Positions 1 through 11,318 are shown, numbered from the stretch's first letter. The stretch: DNA of 64,000 nucleotides from Candidatus Eiseniibacteriota bacterium (GCA_963725865.1 CAVSAC010000012.1:608001-672000); one strand, 5' to 3'. Program-made: numbers and translations. Notes: generated from the sequence alone by a model not told the origin.

Positions 1-918
1 CGCCACGACCAGACCTTCGACCGCGACCTCTCTGAATGGCAGGGCGAGCTGGGAGCCAGGTTCCTGCGTGCATTCGACGATGCCGTGACCGATGCCGAAC
101 TCGGCGTACGCGCGGAGATCCTGCGCTCCGCGGGCATCGGCTCAGAGTTCGTTCCGGACCGCGAATCCGGTCGCCTCAGCCTCGTGTTCACGCACGCACC
201 CCTGTTCGGGACCGAGTGGCGATTCGGATACTCGTTGGCGGCGCGTACGTTTCCGGACTCGACGAGCCGTGACCATCTCGAGCACGGTCTCGAGGCCCGG
301 GTGCGCGTGGCCTCCAAGGGCGGGCACGTTCTCACGTTCGAATCCGAGCTGGCGCGCCGAAAGACCGTGCGGCCCGCGCCCACCAGCCGCGACGACCTGC
401 TCGAAGGCCAGGCGCGGCTCGATGGCCTGTTGCGGCTCGGAGACGCATGGTCGTTGACGAGCGGCGGCGAGCTGGAGTCCATGCACTACGACGCGCAGGA
501 CAGCGCGCTCTATTTCGACTACACGGTCACTCGTGCCCGGCTCGCGGTGAAGTTCGAGAGAGTGGGCTGGTCGCTCGCAGTGGGCCCGCGCGGCGAGGTG
601 CTCAGCAGTCGCCTCGCACCCGCCGAGCGCTATCAGGAGATCGCGGGAGTTCTCGAGCTCGAGCTGCTCAACAGTGGGGCCTGGTGGTCCATCGCGCCGG
701 CAGGGGGCTGGCGCGACTACGAGGAGGTGCCGCCCGCCGCGCTCCCAGGTCTGCATTCCTCCTACGCCTACGCCGAAGCGGTGGCGCTCGCCGATCAGGC
801 CCTTCCCGGACGCCTGCGATTCCGGGCGACCGGCTTGCTCCGCCTCGAACGCCACGTCGACCGGGCGCAGGACGCGCGCAGTCTTTACTTCTCGCTCGAG
901 CTGCGTAAACTCCTCTAG
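1..918 (+). CDS. 5'-truncated hypothetical protein, probable outer-membrane beta-barrel
   Basis: Frame is open from base 1 to TAG at 916-918; alternating hydrophobic/aromatic strands; C-terminus LYFSLELRKLL. Confidence 0.55.
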   Translation, partial: RHDQTFDRDLSEWQGELGARFLRAFDDAVTDAELGVRAEILRSAGIGSEFVPDRESGRLSLVFTHAPLFGTEWRFGYSLAARTFPDSTSRDHLEHGLEARVRVASKGGHVLTFESELARRKTVRPAPTSRDDLLEGQARLDGLLRLGDAWSLTSGGELESMHYDAQDSALYFDYTVTRARLAVKFERVGWSLAVGPRGEVLSSRLAPAERYQEIAGVLELELLNSGAWWSIAPAGGWRDYEEVPPAALPGLHSSYAYAEAVALADQALPGRLRFRATGLLRLERHVDRAQDARSLYFSLELRKLL

Positions 919-986
919 CGCGCCGGCTCGGAACGCTCCGCAGTCGACGCCCATGCTCGATATCGATGGGACCAAGGAGGGTTCGC

Positions 987-2720
987 ATGTCCGGACGCCG
1001 TGGCGTCCTCGTCTTCGTCGGCGCGCTCACGCTGCTCGGCGCGCTCGTTCTGGCCGGCGCGATCGCGCTGCGTCGCCCCGCTTCTCCGGCGTACGCCGCG
1101 TCGATGCTGGTGTTCGACGTCCCGAGCGAACTCGAGGAGTCGCCTCCGATCTATGGACCGTTCTCGTTGCGGACGTTTCGCACCAGCCGGTTGCAGGTAC
1201 GCGACGTGGTACGCGCGCTGCACCACGCGGCGAGCGACGAGCGGATCGAGGGGCTGGTGCTCCATATCGACGAGGTCGATTGGGGTTGGGCCCGAATCGC
1301 GGAGGTGCGGGACGCGGTGCTGGCGTTCCGGCACTCGGGGAAGCCCGTTTTCGCGAGCGTGGCCGGAGGAGGCGAGCGCGAGTACCTGCTCGCCTCGGCG
1401 GCGGGGACCGTCTGTGCGCCGCCCACCGGGCAGCTTCAATTGGATGGGCTCTCGCTCACCGCGACTTTCTTCCGCGGGTCCTTCGACAAGCTGGGGGTGA
1501 CGCCCAACTTCGTGCAGATCGGAGCCTACAAGTCGGGCACCGAGCCCTATCTGCGGAGCGGGCTGTCCGGGCCCGCACGCGAGGCCCTCGATGCGCTGCT
1601 CGACGACGAGTACGCGCTGCTGTGCGACAGCCTGGGGAGCGCCCGCGGACTGGATCCGGACACCGTGCGGGCGATCCTGGACCGCGGCCCCTTCACCGCC
1701 ACCGAGGCGCGCGCCTGCGGCTTGCTCGATACGCTCCTTTACGAAACCGAAGTGGACTCGCTGGCGACGCGAGAAGGGCAACGATCGCTGCCCTCGGTCT
1801 CGCTCGTGCGCTACCTGGACCGGATGTCCCCGCGGCGAAACGGCCCCCACGTGGCGTTCGTCGTGGCCTCCGGCGCGATCGCTCCTGGGCGCAGCCGCGA
1901 GGATCCGATGGACGGTCGAGTGCTCGGGAGCGAGACGCTCATCCAGGCGCTGCGTGACGCTCGGACCCACAAGTCCGTCAAGGCGATCGTGCTTCGCATC
2001 GACAGCCCCGGCGGTTCGGCGCAGGCATCGGACGATCTGTGGCGTGAGGTCGTGCGCTGCCGTGACACCAAGCCCGTGATCGTCACCATGTCGGACGTCG
2101 CGGCCTCCGGCGGGTACTACATCGCCGTCGCAGGTGACGTCCTGCTCGCCGAGCCCTCCACGCTGACCGGCTCCGTCGGCATCTATGGCGGCAAGCTCAA
2201 CATCGCGGGGCTGTATCGCAAGCTCGGTCTGAGCGTCGAAACCCTCGACCGCGGACGCCATGCCTCGATGCTGTCCGCGTTCCGGGACTTCACGCCCGAG
2301 GAACGCAGGCTCTACGAGCGCCACCAGCGCGAGTTCTACCAGGGCTTCCTCGAACGGGTGGCGAAGGGCCGTGGTCTCACGGTGCCGGAGGTCGACTCGA
2401 TCGCTCAGGGGCGCGTCTGGAGCGGGCTCGCCGCCTACGACCTCGGCCTCGTCGACGGGCTGGGTGGGATCGAAGACGCGTTCTCCATCGCCCGCGAGCG
2501 GGCGGGACTGCGTCCCGACGAAGAGATCGTGGTGGACGTCTATCCCAAGGCCGAGCACCCGTTCCTCAGCCGACTTCTCGAGGACTGGCTGGGTGAGGAC
2601 GACGCGGGCGCGAGTACGCGTCTGGCCCTGCCCGAGGTCGTCCAGGCATGGCTGGTCGCCGCGCGACTGCCGTCCGGCGCGCCGCTGGCGATTCTGCCGT
2701 GGTCCATCGATATCCGCTGA
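987..2720 (+). CDS. sppA: Signal peptide peptidase SppA (67K type, S49)
   Basis: SD AAGGAGG at 974-980; N-terminal TM; two S49 domains with GAYKSG, RIDSPGGS, AASGGYY, TGSVG, AQGRVWSG. Confidence 0.95.
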   Translation: MSGRRGVLVFVGALTLLGALVLAGAIALRRPASPAYAASMLVFDVPSELEESPPIYGPFSLRTFRTSRLQVRDVVRALHHAASDERIEGLVLHIDEVDWGWARIAEVRDAVLAFRHSGKPVFASVAGGGEREYLLASAAGTVCAPPTGQLQLDGLSLTATFFRGSFDKLGVTPNFVQIGAYKSGTEPYLRSGLSGPAREALDALLDDEYALLCDSLGSARGLDPDTVRAILDRGPFTATEARACGLLDTLLYETEVDSLATREGQRSLPSVSLVRYLDRMSPRRNGPHVAFVVASGAIAPGRSREDPMDGRVLGSETLIQALRDARTHKSVKAIVLRIDSPGGSAQASDDLWREVVRCRDTKPVIVTMSDVAASGGYYIAVAGDVLLAEPSTLTGSVGIYGGKLNIAGLYRKLGLSVETLDRGRHASMLSAFRDFTPEERRLYERHQREFYQGFLERVAKGRGLTVPEVDSIAQGRVWSGLAAYDLGLVDGLGGIEDAFSIARERAGLRPDEEIVVDVYPKAEHPFLSRLLEDWLGEDDAGASTRLALPEVVQAWLVAARLPSGAPLAILPWSIDIR

Positions 2721-2751
2721 GAGGCGCGCGACCCAGCCGACCGTAAGCCGA

Positions 2752-2778
2752 CGAGGCGGGCCCAGAGGGCCCGCCTCG
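2752..2778. terminator. Hairpin between convergent sppA and cytochrome c genes
   Basis: Perfect 12-bp stem CGAGGCGGGCCC/GGGCCCGCCTCG, loop AGA; no U-tract. Confidence 0.6.
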
Positions 2779-2803
2779 CGGTCGACAGCCGAGCTTCGCT
2801 CGA

Positions 2804-3187
2804 CTACTTCTTCTTCGGCGCGAAGGTCGTCCGGATGAACACGATCATGTCCTCGACCTGCTGGGGCTTGAGCTGCCCTGTCTTGCCCCAGGCGACCATG
2901 CCGGACTGGATCTTCCCGTTCGTGATGCAGTCGCGCAGGTAGTCGTCCGTGCGCTTGGGGTCGGCCCAGGTCTTCGCGTCTTTCCAGTTGGGGGTGGGGT
3001 TTCCGGTGAGCTTCACTCCGCCACTTCCGTCCGCTTTGTGGCAGGCGATGCACTTCGACATGAAGAGCGGCTTCGCGGTGGCGGGATTGCCCTTGGCCGG
3101 GCCGCCCAGCGCGACGCCGGCGACGGAGGTGAGTACCGCGAGACAGCAGAGGGTCAGCGCGGCACGCTTCCGGATGTCCATGCTCAT
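2804..3187 (-). CDS. Exported monohaem class I cytochrome c
   Basis: SD AAAGGAG; signal peptide; CIACH haem motif; distal Met in SGMVAW. Confidence 0.9.
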   Translation of the reverse strand: MSMDIRKRAALTLCCLAVLTSVAGVALGGPAKGNPATAKPLFMSKCIACHKADGSGGVKLTGNPTPNWKDAKTWADPKRTDDYLRDCITNGKIQSGMVAWGKTGQLKPQQVEDMIVFIRTTFAPKKK

Positions 3188-3252
3188 CGTTTCTCCTTTG
3201 GTCACACGTCGAGAGCAGGCCCACGGGGAACGACCTGCTCGAGAGCCGCGGA

Positions 3253-3281
3253 AGACTAGCGGGCGTCCGCCGCACGGTCAA
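3253..3281 (-). promoter_or_regulatory. Sigma70-type promoter of cytochrome c gene
   Basis: TTGACC-17 bp-TAGTCT on minus strand. Confidence 0.6.
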
Positions 3282-3497
3282 TCCGCAGCGTCCGCACGAG
3301 CGCCCACGGGCTTCGGATGGGATGAACACCACGAAGGATGCGGTGGGGACACGAGTCGCCGGCGAGCGAGTCCTTGACCCGCTTGAACGCGCGGTGATAG
3401 TTTCCGCTGCTGCATCATCTTACGCGCTCACGCGTGATGCCCGACCCCCCGGTCGCGCTCCTTATGACCGCTCCACCACCCCACTCCGAGGTGTGTC

Positions 3498-5600
3498 TTG
3501 AAGGAATTCACCACCGCGCAGATCCGCAACGTGGCACTCGTCGCCCACCACGGAGTCGGCAAGACATCGCTTGCCGAGGCCATGCTCTTCCTGGCGAAGG
3601 CGACCAACAGACTCGGCCGGATCGCCGACGGCACCACGCTGCTCGACTACGCCGCCGATGAGATCGCGCGGCAGATCACGATCAACCTCGGGCTCGCCCA
3701 GTTCGAATGGTCGGGGCACAAGGTCAACCTGCTGGACACGCCGGGCTACCCGGACTTCGTCGGTGACGTGTACAGCGCGCTGCGGGTCGCGGACTCCGCG
3801 ATCCTGATGCTGCGTGCGAACACCGGCGTCGAGGTGGGGACGGAGGTGGTCTGGGAGGTCCTCAAGCAGGAGAAGACGCCGGTCCTGGTCGTCGTGAACA
3901 CGATGGACAAGGAGCACGCCGACTTCATGGCTGCCGTCGCCTCGCTCCACGACAAGCTCGGGCTCAACGCGGTTCCGGCGCAGCTGCCGATCGGACAGGC
4001 CGAGACGTTCCACGGCATCGTCGACCTGATCGAGAACAAGGCGTATACGTTCTCGGGCAGGGGCATGGACGCGAAGAGCACGGAGGTCCCGCCGCCGGCC
4101 GACATGGCGGCCGCGATCGCCGAGGCGCGGGACCGCCTGATGGAGGAGGCCGCGACCGGCGACGAGGAGTTGATGAACAAGTTCCTCGAGAGCGGCGAGC
4201 TGAGCGAGGCCGAAATCCGCAGGGGCCTCTGCGAGCGCGTGGTGCTGGGCGATCTGATGCCCGTGTTCTGCTGCTCGGCGTTCAACAACCACGGCGTCAA
4301 GGAGGTGCTCGACGAGGTCGTCGACGTGCTTCCGTCGCCGCTGCACGTGAAGGCGCAGGTCGGCAAGCTGGGCGAGTCCACGCCCACGATCAGGCCCGAT
4401 GCGAGCGAGCCAGCGGTCGGCATGGTGTTCAAGACGCTCAGCGAGCAGCATCTCGGCGACCTGTCGCTGATCCGGATCTACGCCGGGCATCTGGAACCGG
4501 GCAAGGACGTCGTCAACAGCACCCGCAACCGTGCGGAGAAGATGAGCGCGCTCTACCATCTCGTGGGCAAGGAGCGCATCGAGTGCAAGAGCGGGGTCGC
4601 GGGCGACATCATCGCGGCGGTGAAGCTCAAGGAGACCCACACCGGCGACACGCTGGCGGACAAGTCGCGTCCGTTGGTGCTGACGCCGCCCGACTTCCCG
4701 AGCCCGGTCACGGCCGAGTGCGTGAAGGCCAAGAACAAGGGCGACGAGGAGAAGATCTCCACCGGTCTCACTCGCCTGCACGAGGAGGACCCGACCTTCA
4801 GGCGTTCTTACGAGACCAGCACCCACGAGACGCTGGTCTACGGGATGGGAGACCTGCAGATCGAGGTGATGGTCGAGCGGCTCAAGAAGAAATACGGCGT
4901 CGAAGTGGTGCTCTCCAAGCCTCACGTGCCGTATCGCGAGACCATCAAGGGCAAGGCGGAGGGTGACTACCGGCACAAGAAGCAGACCGGCGGCCGCGGC
5001 CAGTTCGGCGAGGTCCACCTCCGGCTGCAGCCCACGCCGCGCGGAGAGGGCTTCCGCTTCGTCGACGAGATCAAGGGCGGTGTGGTGCCGAACCAGTTCA
5101 TCCCCGCGGTCGAGAAGGGCGTCGTCGCGGGCATGGAACGCGGCCCGCTCGCCGGCTATCCCGTGGTCGACGTGCAAGTGGCGCTGTTCTTCGGCAAGTA
5201 CCACGACGTCGACTCGTCGGAGATGGCGTTCAAGATCGCTGGCGAGTCGTGTTTTCACGAGGTCATGAAGCGGCCCGAGGCCAAAGCGGTGCTGCTGGAG
5301 CCCATCGAGAACGTGGTGGTGCGAGTTCCCGGCGACTTCCTCGGCGACGTGATGGGCGACCTCTCGGTGCGGCGCGGCCGCATCCTCAGGACCGACACGG
5401 ACGGCGGGCATCAGGTCATCCACGCCGAGGTGCCGAGCGCCGAGCTCTACAAGTACTCGGCCCAGCTGCGCTCCCTCACCCAGGGCCGCGGCATGCACGC
5501 TCAGAAGTTCGCCCGCTACGAAGAAGTGCCACGCGAGCATTCCGAGAAGGTGGTCGCGGCGGCCAAGGCCGAGCGCGAGGCGAACGCCAACGCGTCGTGA
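3498..5600 (+). CDS. fusA2: Elongation factor G paralog (EF-G2-like)
   Basis: AHHGVGKTS, DTPGY, EEDPT, GMGDLQ, KKQTGGRGQFG, HDVDSSE, LLEPI; not in an rpsL-rpsG-tuf operon; TTG start. Confidence 0.92.
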   Translation: MKEFTTAQIRNVALVAHHGVGKTSLAEAMLFLAKATNRLGRIADGTTLLDYAADEIARQITINLGLAQFEWSGHKVNLLDTPGYPDFVGDVYSALRVADSAILMLRANTGVEVGTEVVWEVLKQEKTPVLVVVNTMDKEHADFMAAVASLHDKLGLNAVPAQLPIGQAETFHGIVDLIENKAYTFSGRGMDAKSTEVPPPADMAAAIAEARDRLMEEAATGDEELMNKFLESGELSEAEIRRGLCERVVLGDLMPVFCCSAFNNHGVKEVLDEVVDVLPSPLHVKAQVGKLGESTPTIRPDASEPAVGMVFKTLSEQHLGDLSLIRIYAGHLEPGKDVVNSTRNRAEKMSALYHLVGKERIECKSGVAGDIIAAVKLKETHTGDTLADKSRPLVLTPPDFPSPVTAECVKAKNKGDEEKISTGLTRLHEEDPTFRRSYETSTHETLVYGMGDLQIEVMVERLKKKYGVEVVLSKPHVPYRETIKGKAEGDYRHKKQTGGRGQFGEVHLRLQPTPRGEGFRFVDEIKGGVVPNQFIPAVEKGVVAGMERGPLAGYPVVDVQVALFFGKYHDVDSSEMAFKIAGESCFHEVMKRPEAKAVLLEPIENVVVRVPGDFLGDVMGDLSVRRGRILRTDTDGGHQVIHAEVPSAELYKYSAQLRSLTQGRGMHAQKFARYEEVPREHSEKVVAAAKAEREANANAS

Positions 5601-5620
5601 GGCTCGGCGGGAGGTGAGGC

Positions 5621-6370
5621 ATGTCCGGTCATTCCAAATGGGCCACCATCAAGCGCAAGAAGGCGGCGACCGACCAGGCGCGCGGCAAGATGTTCTCCAA
5701 GTACATCAAGGAGATCACCATCGCCGCGCGGCACGGGGGCGGCGACCTCGAGTCGAATCCGCGCTTGCGGACCGCGATCGCGGCGGCGAAGGCGGTCAAC
5801 ATGCCGGCCGGGAACATCGAGCGCGCCGTCAAGCGCGGGACCGGTGAGGTCGAAGGCGCGACGTACGAGGAGGCCACGTACGAGGGCTACGCGCCCGGCG
5901 GGGTCGCGCTGCTCATCGAGGTCGCGACCGACAATCGCAACCGCACGGCGGGCGACGTGCGCCACATCCTCACGCGCTTCGGGGGCAACATGGCCGAGGC
6001 CGGGGCGGTGTCGTACCTGTTCAAGCCCAAGGGCATCCTGATCGTCGACGCGTCGGCGATCGGGGAGGACGCGCTCATCGAGGTCGCGCTCGACGCCGGA
6101 GCCGAGGACGTCGCGTCGGCCGGCGAGCACTACGAGGTCACCACCCCGCCCGCGGCGTTCGAGACGGTGAAGGAGGCGCTCGCGGCGAAGGGCATCCCGG
6201 TCCAGAGCGCGGACCTGACCAAGGTGGCGAGTCTCCAGGTCCCGGTCGGTGAGAAGGACGGCGGCTCGCTGTTCCGCCTCATCGAGGCGCTCGAGGATCA
6301 CGACGACGTGCAAAAGGTCCATGCGAACTTCGACATGTCCGACGAACTCCTCGCCAAGCTGTCCCACTGA
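5621..6370 (+). CDS. yebC: YebC/PmpR family protein
   Basis: MSGHSKWATIKRKK, NPRLR, YEGY, TDNRNRT; upstream of ruvC. Confidence 0.97.
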   Translation: MSGHSKWATIKRKKAATDQARGKMFSKYIKEITIAARHGGGDLESNPRLRTAIAAAKAVNMPAGNIERAVKRGTGEVEGATYEEATYEGYAPGGVALLIEVATDNRNRTAGDVRHILTRFGGNMAEAGAVSYLFKPKGILIVDASAIGEDALIEVALDAGAEDVASAGEHYEVTTPPAAFETVKEALAAKGIPVQSADLTKVASLQVPVGEKDGGSLFRLIEALEDHDDVQKVHANFDMSDELLAKLSH

Positions 6371-6386
6371 CGCCGCGGTGACCGGC

Positions 6387-6929
6387 ATGCGAGTCCTGGG
6401 ATTGGACCCCGGCAGCCGGCGCACCGGATTCGGCGTGGTGGAGTGCCATGGGAACACCTATCGTTGCCTCGCGCACGGGGCCGCCACCGCACGAGCCTCG
6501 CTCGATCTTCCGCATCGCCTGCACGTCATCGTCGCGCGTGCCGCGGAGGTGATGGACGAGTTCCACCCCGACGTCGTCGCGGTCGAGGAGGCGTTCTACC
6601 ACGAGAGCGTCCGGTCGACGCTGGTGCTGGGCCACGTGCGCGGGGCGCTGCTCGTGGCTGCGATCCAGCGGGGGTACGAAGTGGCCGAGTACACGCCGCG
6701 CGAGGTGAAGATGAGCGTCACGGGAACGGGAGCGGGATCGAAGGAACAGGTCGCGTTCATGGTGCGCCGCCTGCTCGCCGTGACGGGCACGCTCGGCGCC
6801 GACGCGTCCGACGCGCTCGCGATCGCGCTCTGCCATCTCCACCGGGCCCGCCGGCCGGAGTCCGCACGCGCGGCATCTGCGGCGGGGCAGCGACTGGCCG
6901 CGCTGCTGGCGCGCCGGGGCGGACGATGA
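6387..6929 (+). CDS. ruvC: Holliday junction resolvase RuvC
   Basis: MRVLGLDPG, EYTPREVK, DASDALAIA. Confidence 0.96.
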   Translation: MRVLGLDPGSRRTGFGVVECHGNTYRCLAHGAATARASLDLPHRLHVIVARAAEVMDEFHPDVVAVEEAFYHESVRSTLVLGHVRGALLVAAIQRGYEVAEYTPREVKMSVTGTGAGSKEQVAFMVRRLLAVTGTLGADASDALAIALCHLHRARRPESARAASAAGQRLAALLARRGGR

Positions 6930-7564
6930 TCGCCAGTCTCCGCGGCACGGTCCTCGAGCGCTCGCCGGCGCACGGCGTGATCGAATGCGCGGGGGTCGGC
7001 TACTTCGTCCACGTCTCGACGCAGACCGCCGCGGCGCTTCCTGCAGTCGGTGAGCCGGTCACGCTGCGCACGCGTCAGGTCGTGCGCGAGGACTCGGTAC
7101 AGCTGTTCGGGTTCGCCGACGCCGACGAGCTGCGCCTCTTCGACCTGCTGATCGGCGTCAACGGTGTCGGCCCACGGCTGGCGCTCGCGGTGCTCTCGGG
7201 CCTCAAGCCGCAGGCGCTGGCGCGAGCGATCCGCGAGGAGCACGTCGCGGCGCTGGTCACGATCCCCGGCATCGGCCGCAAGACCGCCGAGCGCCTGGTT
7301 GTCGAACTGCGTGACAAGCTCGAGACGCTGACGATCTCGGGCCTCGTCGGTTCCCCGCGCGACGGGGCGGCGCTCCCGCGCAACGAGCGGTTCGAGGACG
7401 CCGTCGCCGCGCTGGTCGCCCTCGGCTACACTGGGCCGCAGGCCGCCGATGCGATCCGCAAGGCGGCCGAGGCGGACGACGATCCCTCGCTCGAAGACCT
7501 GGTACGCCGCGCGCTCGCGCGGCTCGGCAAGGCGGCGGTGACGTCGGCAGGAGGGATCCGATGA
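6926..7564 (+). CDS. ruvA: Holliday junction branch migration protein RuvA
   Basis: [41 protein letters not shown] overlap with ruvC. Confidence 0.96.
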   Translation: MIASLRGTVLERSPAHGVIECAGVGYFVHVSTQTAAALPAVGEPVTLRTRQVVREDSVQLFGFADADELRLFDLLIGVNGVGPRLALAVLSGLKPQALARAIREEHVAALVTIPGIGRKTAERLVVELRDKLETLTISGLVGSPRDGAALPRNERFEDAVAALVALGYTGPQAADAIRKAAEADDDPSLEDLVRRALARLGKAAVTSAGGIR

Positions 7565-8646
7565 CAGACAGCCGACGACCCGGGCCCGAGCCACCGCACC
7601 CGGAGCACCCGCCCCGCATTGCCGATCCCGAGGCGTTCCCCGAGGACGTCCGCGAGGAGTCGCGGCTGCGGCCGCTGGCGCTCGCGGACTTCGTCGGGCA
7701 GCCGCTGGTCAAGGAGCAGCTGGCGATCTTCCTCGAGGCCACCAGGCGGCGCGGCGAAGCGCTCGACCACGTGCTGTTCCACGGCCCGCCGGGACTGGGC
7801 AAGACCACGCTCGCTTCGATCCTCGCGCACGAGCTCGGCGTCGAGATCACCCACACCTCGGGTCCGGTGATCGAGCGCCCCGGCGACCTCGCGGGGCTGC
7901 TCACGAACCTCGGCCCGCGCGGCATCCTGTTCATCGACGAGATCCATCGCCTGAGCCCGGTGGTGGAGGAGTACCTCTATCCCGCGCTCGAGGACTTCAC
8001 GCTCGACATCCTGCTGGATCGCGGCCCGAGCGCGCGCTCGCTCAAGATCAACCTCGAGCGCTTCACGCTCGTGGGTGCGACCACGCGCTCGGGCCTGCTC
8101 TCGTCCCCGCTGCGTGCGCGGTTCGGGATGACGCTGCGCCTCGACTACTACGGATCCGAGGACCTGGCCCGCATCGTCGAGCGCTCCGCGTCCATCCTCA
8201 AGGTGGAGATCGAGGCCGACGCGTCCGCCGAGATCGCGCGTCGCGCGCGCGGGACGCCCCGCGTGGCGAATCGCCTGTTGCGCCGCGTGCGCGACGTGGC
8301 GCTCATCAAGGGGGACGGCCGCGTGGACATCGGCATCGCGCGCGAAGCGCTGCGGCTGCTCGAGGTGGACGGGCGCGGGCTCGACGAAATGGACCGGCGC
8401 CTGCTCGATGCCCTCATCACCAAGTACGGGGGCGGGCCGGTGGGTCTCGGCACGCTCGCGGTGGTGGTGGGCGAGGAGCCGGGCACGCTCGAGGACGTAT
8501 ACGAGCCGTACCTGGTGCAGGAGGGCTTCATCAAGCGCACGTCGCGCGGCCGCGAGGCGACGCCGCTCGCGTACGCCCACCTCGGACTGCCGTTGCCGGG
8601 CATCGCGCGCGACGCGACGAGGCAGCCCGAGCTACCGCTGCCCTGA
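7561..8646 (+). CDS. ruvB: Holliday junction helicase RuvB
   Basis: [32 protein letters not shown]. Confidence 0.98.
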   Translation: MTDSRRPGPEPPHPEHPPRIADPEAFPEDVREESRLRPLALADFVGQPLVKEQLAIFLEATRRRGEALDHVLFHGPPGLGKTTLASILAHELGVEITHTSGPVIERPGDLAGLLTNLGPRGILFIDEIHRLSPVVEEYLYPALEDFTLDILLDRGPSARSLKINLERFTLVGATTRSGLLSSPLRARFGMTLRLDYYGSEDLARIVERSASILKVEIEADASAEIARRARGTPRVANRLLRRVRDVALIKGDGRVDIGIAREALRLLEVDGRGLDEMDRRLLDALITKYGGGPVGLGTLAVVVGEEPGTLEDVYEPYLVQEGFIKRTSRGREATPLAYAHLGLPLPGIARDATRQPELPLP

Positions 8647-8668
8647 CGCGGCCGCTGCCGCGCGCGCC

Positions 8669-9697
8669 GTGCGCCTCGACGAGCTCGACTACCACCTGCC
8701 GCCGGAGCTGATCGCGCAGCGTCCGGCCGAGCACCGCGACGCCGCGCGGCTCCTGGTCGTGGAGCGCGCCGGCGGCCGCCTCCACGACACCACGATCTCG
8801 GAGTTGGGCACGTGGCTGCGCGCGGGCGATGCGCTGGCGCTCAACGAGACCCGCGTCATCCCCGCGCGTCTGCACGTCCAGCGGGCGAGCGGTGGCCGCG
8901 TCGAGCTGCTGCTGGTGCGGCCGGAGCCCGACGGCGGTTGGCGCGTGCTCGCGCGACCCGCCAAGAAGGCCCCGCCCGGTGGCCGGCTCGCCACGCCGGA
9001 CGGTTCGCTCGAGCTGGAGGTCGCCGGCGCTGGCGACGAGGGGGAGCGCGTGGTGCGCGTGGTGCGCGGCGATCTCCAGGCGACGCTCGCGGCACACGGC
9101 GAGGTGCCGCTGCCGCCCTACATCCATCGCAGCGCCGACGCCCGCGATCGCGAGCGCTACCAGACGGTGTACGCGCGCGTCGACGGCGCGGTGGCTTCGC
9201 CCACGGCGGGGCTCCATTTCACGCCCGAGCTCCTCTCGGCACTCGAGCACCGCGGGATCGTCCACGTGCGCATCGTCCTGCACGTCGGGCCCGGCACGTT
9301 CCGGCCGATCGCGACCGCGGATCCATCGCAGCACCGCATGGACGAGGAGTGGTTCGAGGTCGGTGCGGCTGCGGCCGCGGCGCTCGCCGGTGCCCGGGCC
9401 CGCGGCGGACGTGTCGTCGCGGTCGGTACCACCTCCGTGCGCGCGCTGGAGTCCGCGTGCGACACGCATGCCGGAGCCCTCGGTGCCGCGGCGGGCTGGA
9501 CGCGCAAGTTCATCGTGCCGCCCTACCGCTTCCAGGCGGTGGACGCGCTGCTCACGAACTTCCACCTGCCACGCACCACGCTGCTCCTGCTGGTCGCGGC
9601 GTTCGCGGGCGAGGACCTGATGAAGCGGGCGTATGCCCACGCGGTGGCGGAGCGCTACCGATTCTATTCCTACGGGGACGCGATGCTGGTGGTGTGA
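8669..9697 (+). CDS. queA: S-adenosylmethionine:tRNA ribosyltransferase-isomerase
   Basis: LPPELIAQRP, PLPPYI, YQTVYA, PTAGLHF, HVGPGTF, TNFHLP, YRFYSYGDAM; GTG start. Confidence 0.97.
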   Translation: MRLDELDYHLPPELIAQRPAEHRDAARLLVVERAGGRLHDTTISELGTWLRAGDALALNETRVIPARLHVQRASGGRVELLLVRPEPDGGWRVLARPAKKAPPGGRLATPDGSLELEVAGAGDEGERVVRVVRGDLQATLAAHGEVPLPPYIHRSADARDRERYQTVYARVDGAVASPTAGLHFTPELLSALEHRGIVHVRIVLHVGPGTFRPIATADPSQHRMDEEWFEVGAAAAAALAGARARGGRVVAVGTTSVRALESACDTHAGALGAAAGWTRKFIVPPYRFQAVDALLTNFHLPRTTLLLLVAAFAGEDLMKRAYAHAVAERYRFYSYGDAMLVV

Positions 9698-9704
9698 GCG
9701 CAGA

Positions 9705-11255
9705 TCAGAGCGGCGGGTTGCCGTGCTTCTTGTGCGGCAGGACCTGCTTCTTGTCGCGCAGCATCTCGAGCGCGGCGATCAGTCGCGGCCGCGTGTCCTG
9801 GGGCTCGATGACGTCGTCGAGGTAGCCCAGCTCGGCCGCCACCCACGGGCTCGCGAAGCGGTCGTTGTACTCCGCGATCAAGCGTTTGCGCTCGGCGACC
9901 GGGTCGGCGACCTTCGCCAGCTCCTCGCGGTAGAGGATGTTCACCGCGCCGTCGGCGCCCATCACCGCCATCTCCGCGGATGGCCAGGCCACGTTGTAGT
10001 CGCCGCGGATGTGCTTGCTCGACATGACGTCGTACGCGCCGCCGTAGGCCTTGCGCACCACCACGGTCAGCTTGGGCACGGTGGCCTCGCAGTAGGCGTA
10101 GAGCAGCTTGGCGCCGTGGCGGATGATGCCGCCCCATTCCTGCCGCGTCCCCGGCAGGAAGCCCGGCACGTCCTCGAACGTGATCAGCGGGACGTTGAAC
10201 GCGTCGCAGCAGCGGACGAAGCGCGCGCCCTTCACCGAGGAGTCGATGTCGAGCACCCCGGCGAGCACGCGCGGCTGGTTGCCCACGATGCCGACCGGTC
10301 GTCCGTTCAGCCGCGCGAATCCCACGATCAGGTTCGGCGCGAAGTGCTCGTGCACCTCGAAGAAGTCGCCGTCGTCCACGACCCGCCGCACGATCTCCTT
10401 CATGTCGTAGGGGCGGTCCGGGGATTCCGGCACCAGCGTCGCCAGCTCGGGATCGCGGCGATCGACAGGATCGGTGCAAGCGTGCCGCGGCGGATCCTCG
10501 GCGTTGTTGGACGGCAGGAACGAGAGGAGCCGCCGCACGTGGCGCAGCGCGTCGGCATCGTCGCGGGCCGCGAAGTGCGCGACGCCGCTCTTGGTGTTGT
10601 GCGTCATCGCGCCGCCGAGATCCTCGAACGAGACCTCCTCGGAGGTCACCGCCTTGATGACCTCGGGGCCCGTCACGAACATGTGGCTGGTGCTCTGCAC
10701 CATGATGGTGAAGTCGGTGATCGCGGGGGAGTACACGGCGCCACCCGCACAGGGCCCGAGGATCGCCGAGATCTGAGGGATCACACCCGACGCGAGGGTG
10801 TTGCGCAGGAACACGTCGGCGTAGGCCCCCAGCGAGACCACGCCCTCCTGGATGCGGGCGCCGCCGGAGTCGTTCAACCCCACGACCGGGGCGCCATTGT
10901 CCATCGCGAGATCCATGATGGCGCAGATCTTCCGGCCATTCGCCTCGCTCATCGTGCCACCGAACACGGTGAAGTCCTGCGCGAAACAGTAGACGAGCCG
11001 GCCGTCCACGTGCCCCCAGCCGGCGACGACCCCGTCTCCCGTGATGCGGCGCCCCGCCATGCCGAAGTCCTGGGCCCGGTGGGTGACGAACGCCCCCAGC
11101 TCCACGAAAGAGCCGGGATCGAGCAGGAGCTCGATGCGCTCGCGGGCGGTCAGCCGCCCTTGTGCATGAATCTTGCCCACCCGCTCGGGGCCACCGCCCT
11201 CCAGGGACTGCTGGCGGCGTCGGCGCAGCTCGGTCAGACGTTGTTCGCGGTCCAC
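9705..11255 (-). CDS. pccB: Acyl-CoA carboxylase carboxyltransferase (beta) subunit, PccB/MmdA type
   Basis: [50 protein letters not shown] start with SD. Confidence 0.93.
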   Translation of the reverse strand: MDREQRLTELRRRRQQSLEGGGPERVGKIHAQGRLTARERIELLLDPGSFVELGAFVTHRAQDFGMAGRRITGDGVVAGWGHVDGRLVYCFAQDFTVFGGTMSEANGRKICAIMDLAMDNGAPVVGLNDSGGARIQEGVVSLGAYADVFLRNTLASGVIPQISAILGPCAGGAVYSPAITDFTIMVQSTSHMFVTGPEVIKAVTSEEVSFEDLGGAMTHNTKSGVAHFAARDDADALRHVRRLLSFLPSNNAEDPPRHACTDPVDRRDPELATLVPESPDRPYDMKEIVRRVVDDGDFFEVHEHFAPNLIVGFARLNGRPVGIVGNQPRVLAGVLDIDSSVKGARFVRCCDAFNVPLITFEDVPGFLPGTRQEWGGIIRHGAKLLYAYCEATVPKLTVVVRKAYGGAYDVMSSKHIRGDYNVAWPSAEMAVMGADGAVNILYREELAKVADPVAERKRLIAEYNDRFASPWVAAELGYLDDVIEPQDTRPRLIAALEMLRDKKQVLPHKKHGNPPL

Positions 11256-11289
11256 GCTCCCTCCCGGTTTCGCTGCGTCAGGACGCCGC

Positions 11290-11318
11290 AGCGTAGGGAC
11301 GGCGCGCGGGCCGGTCAA
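11290..11318 (-). promoter_or_regulatory. Sigma70-type promoter of pccB
   Basis: TTGACC-17 bp-TACGCT on minus strand. Confidence 0.6.
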
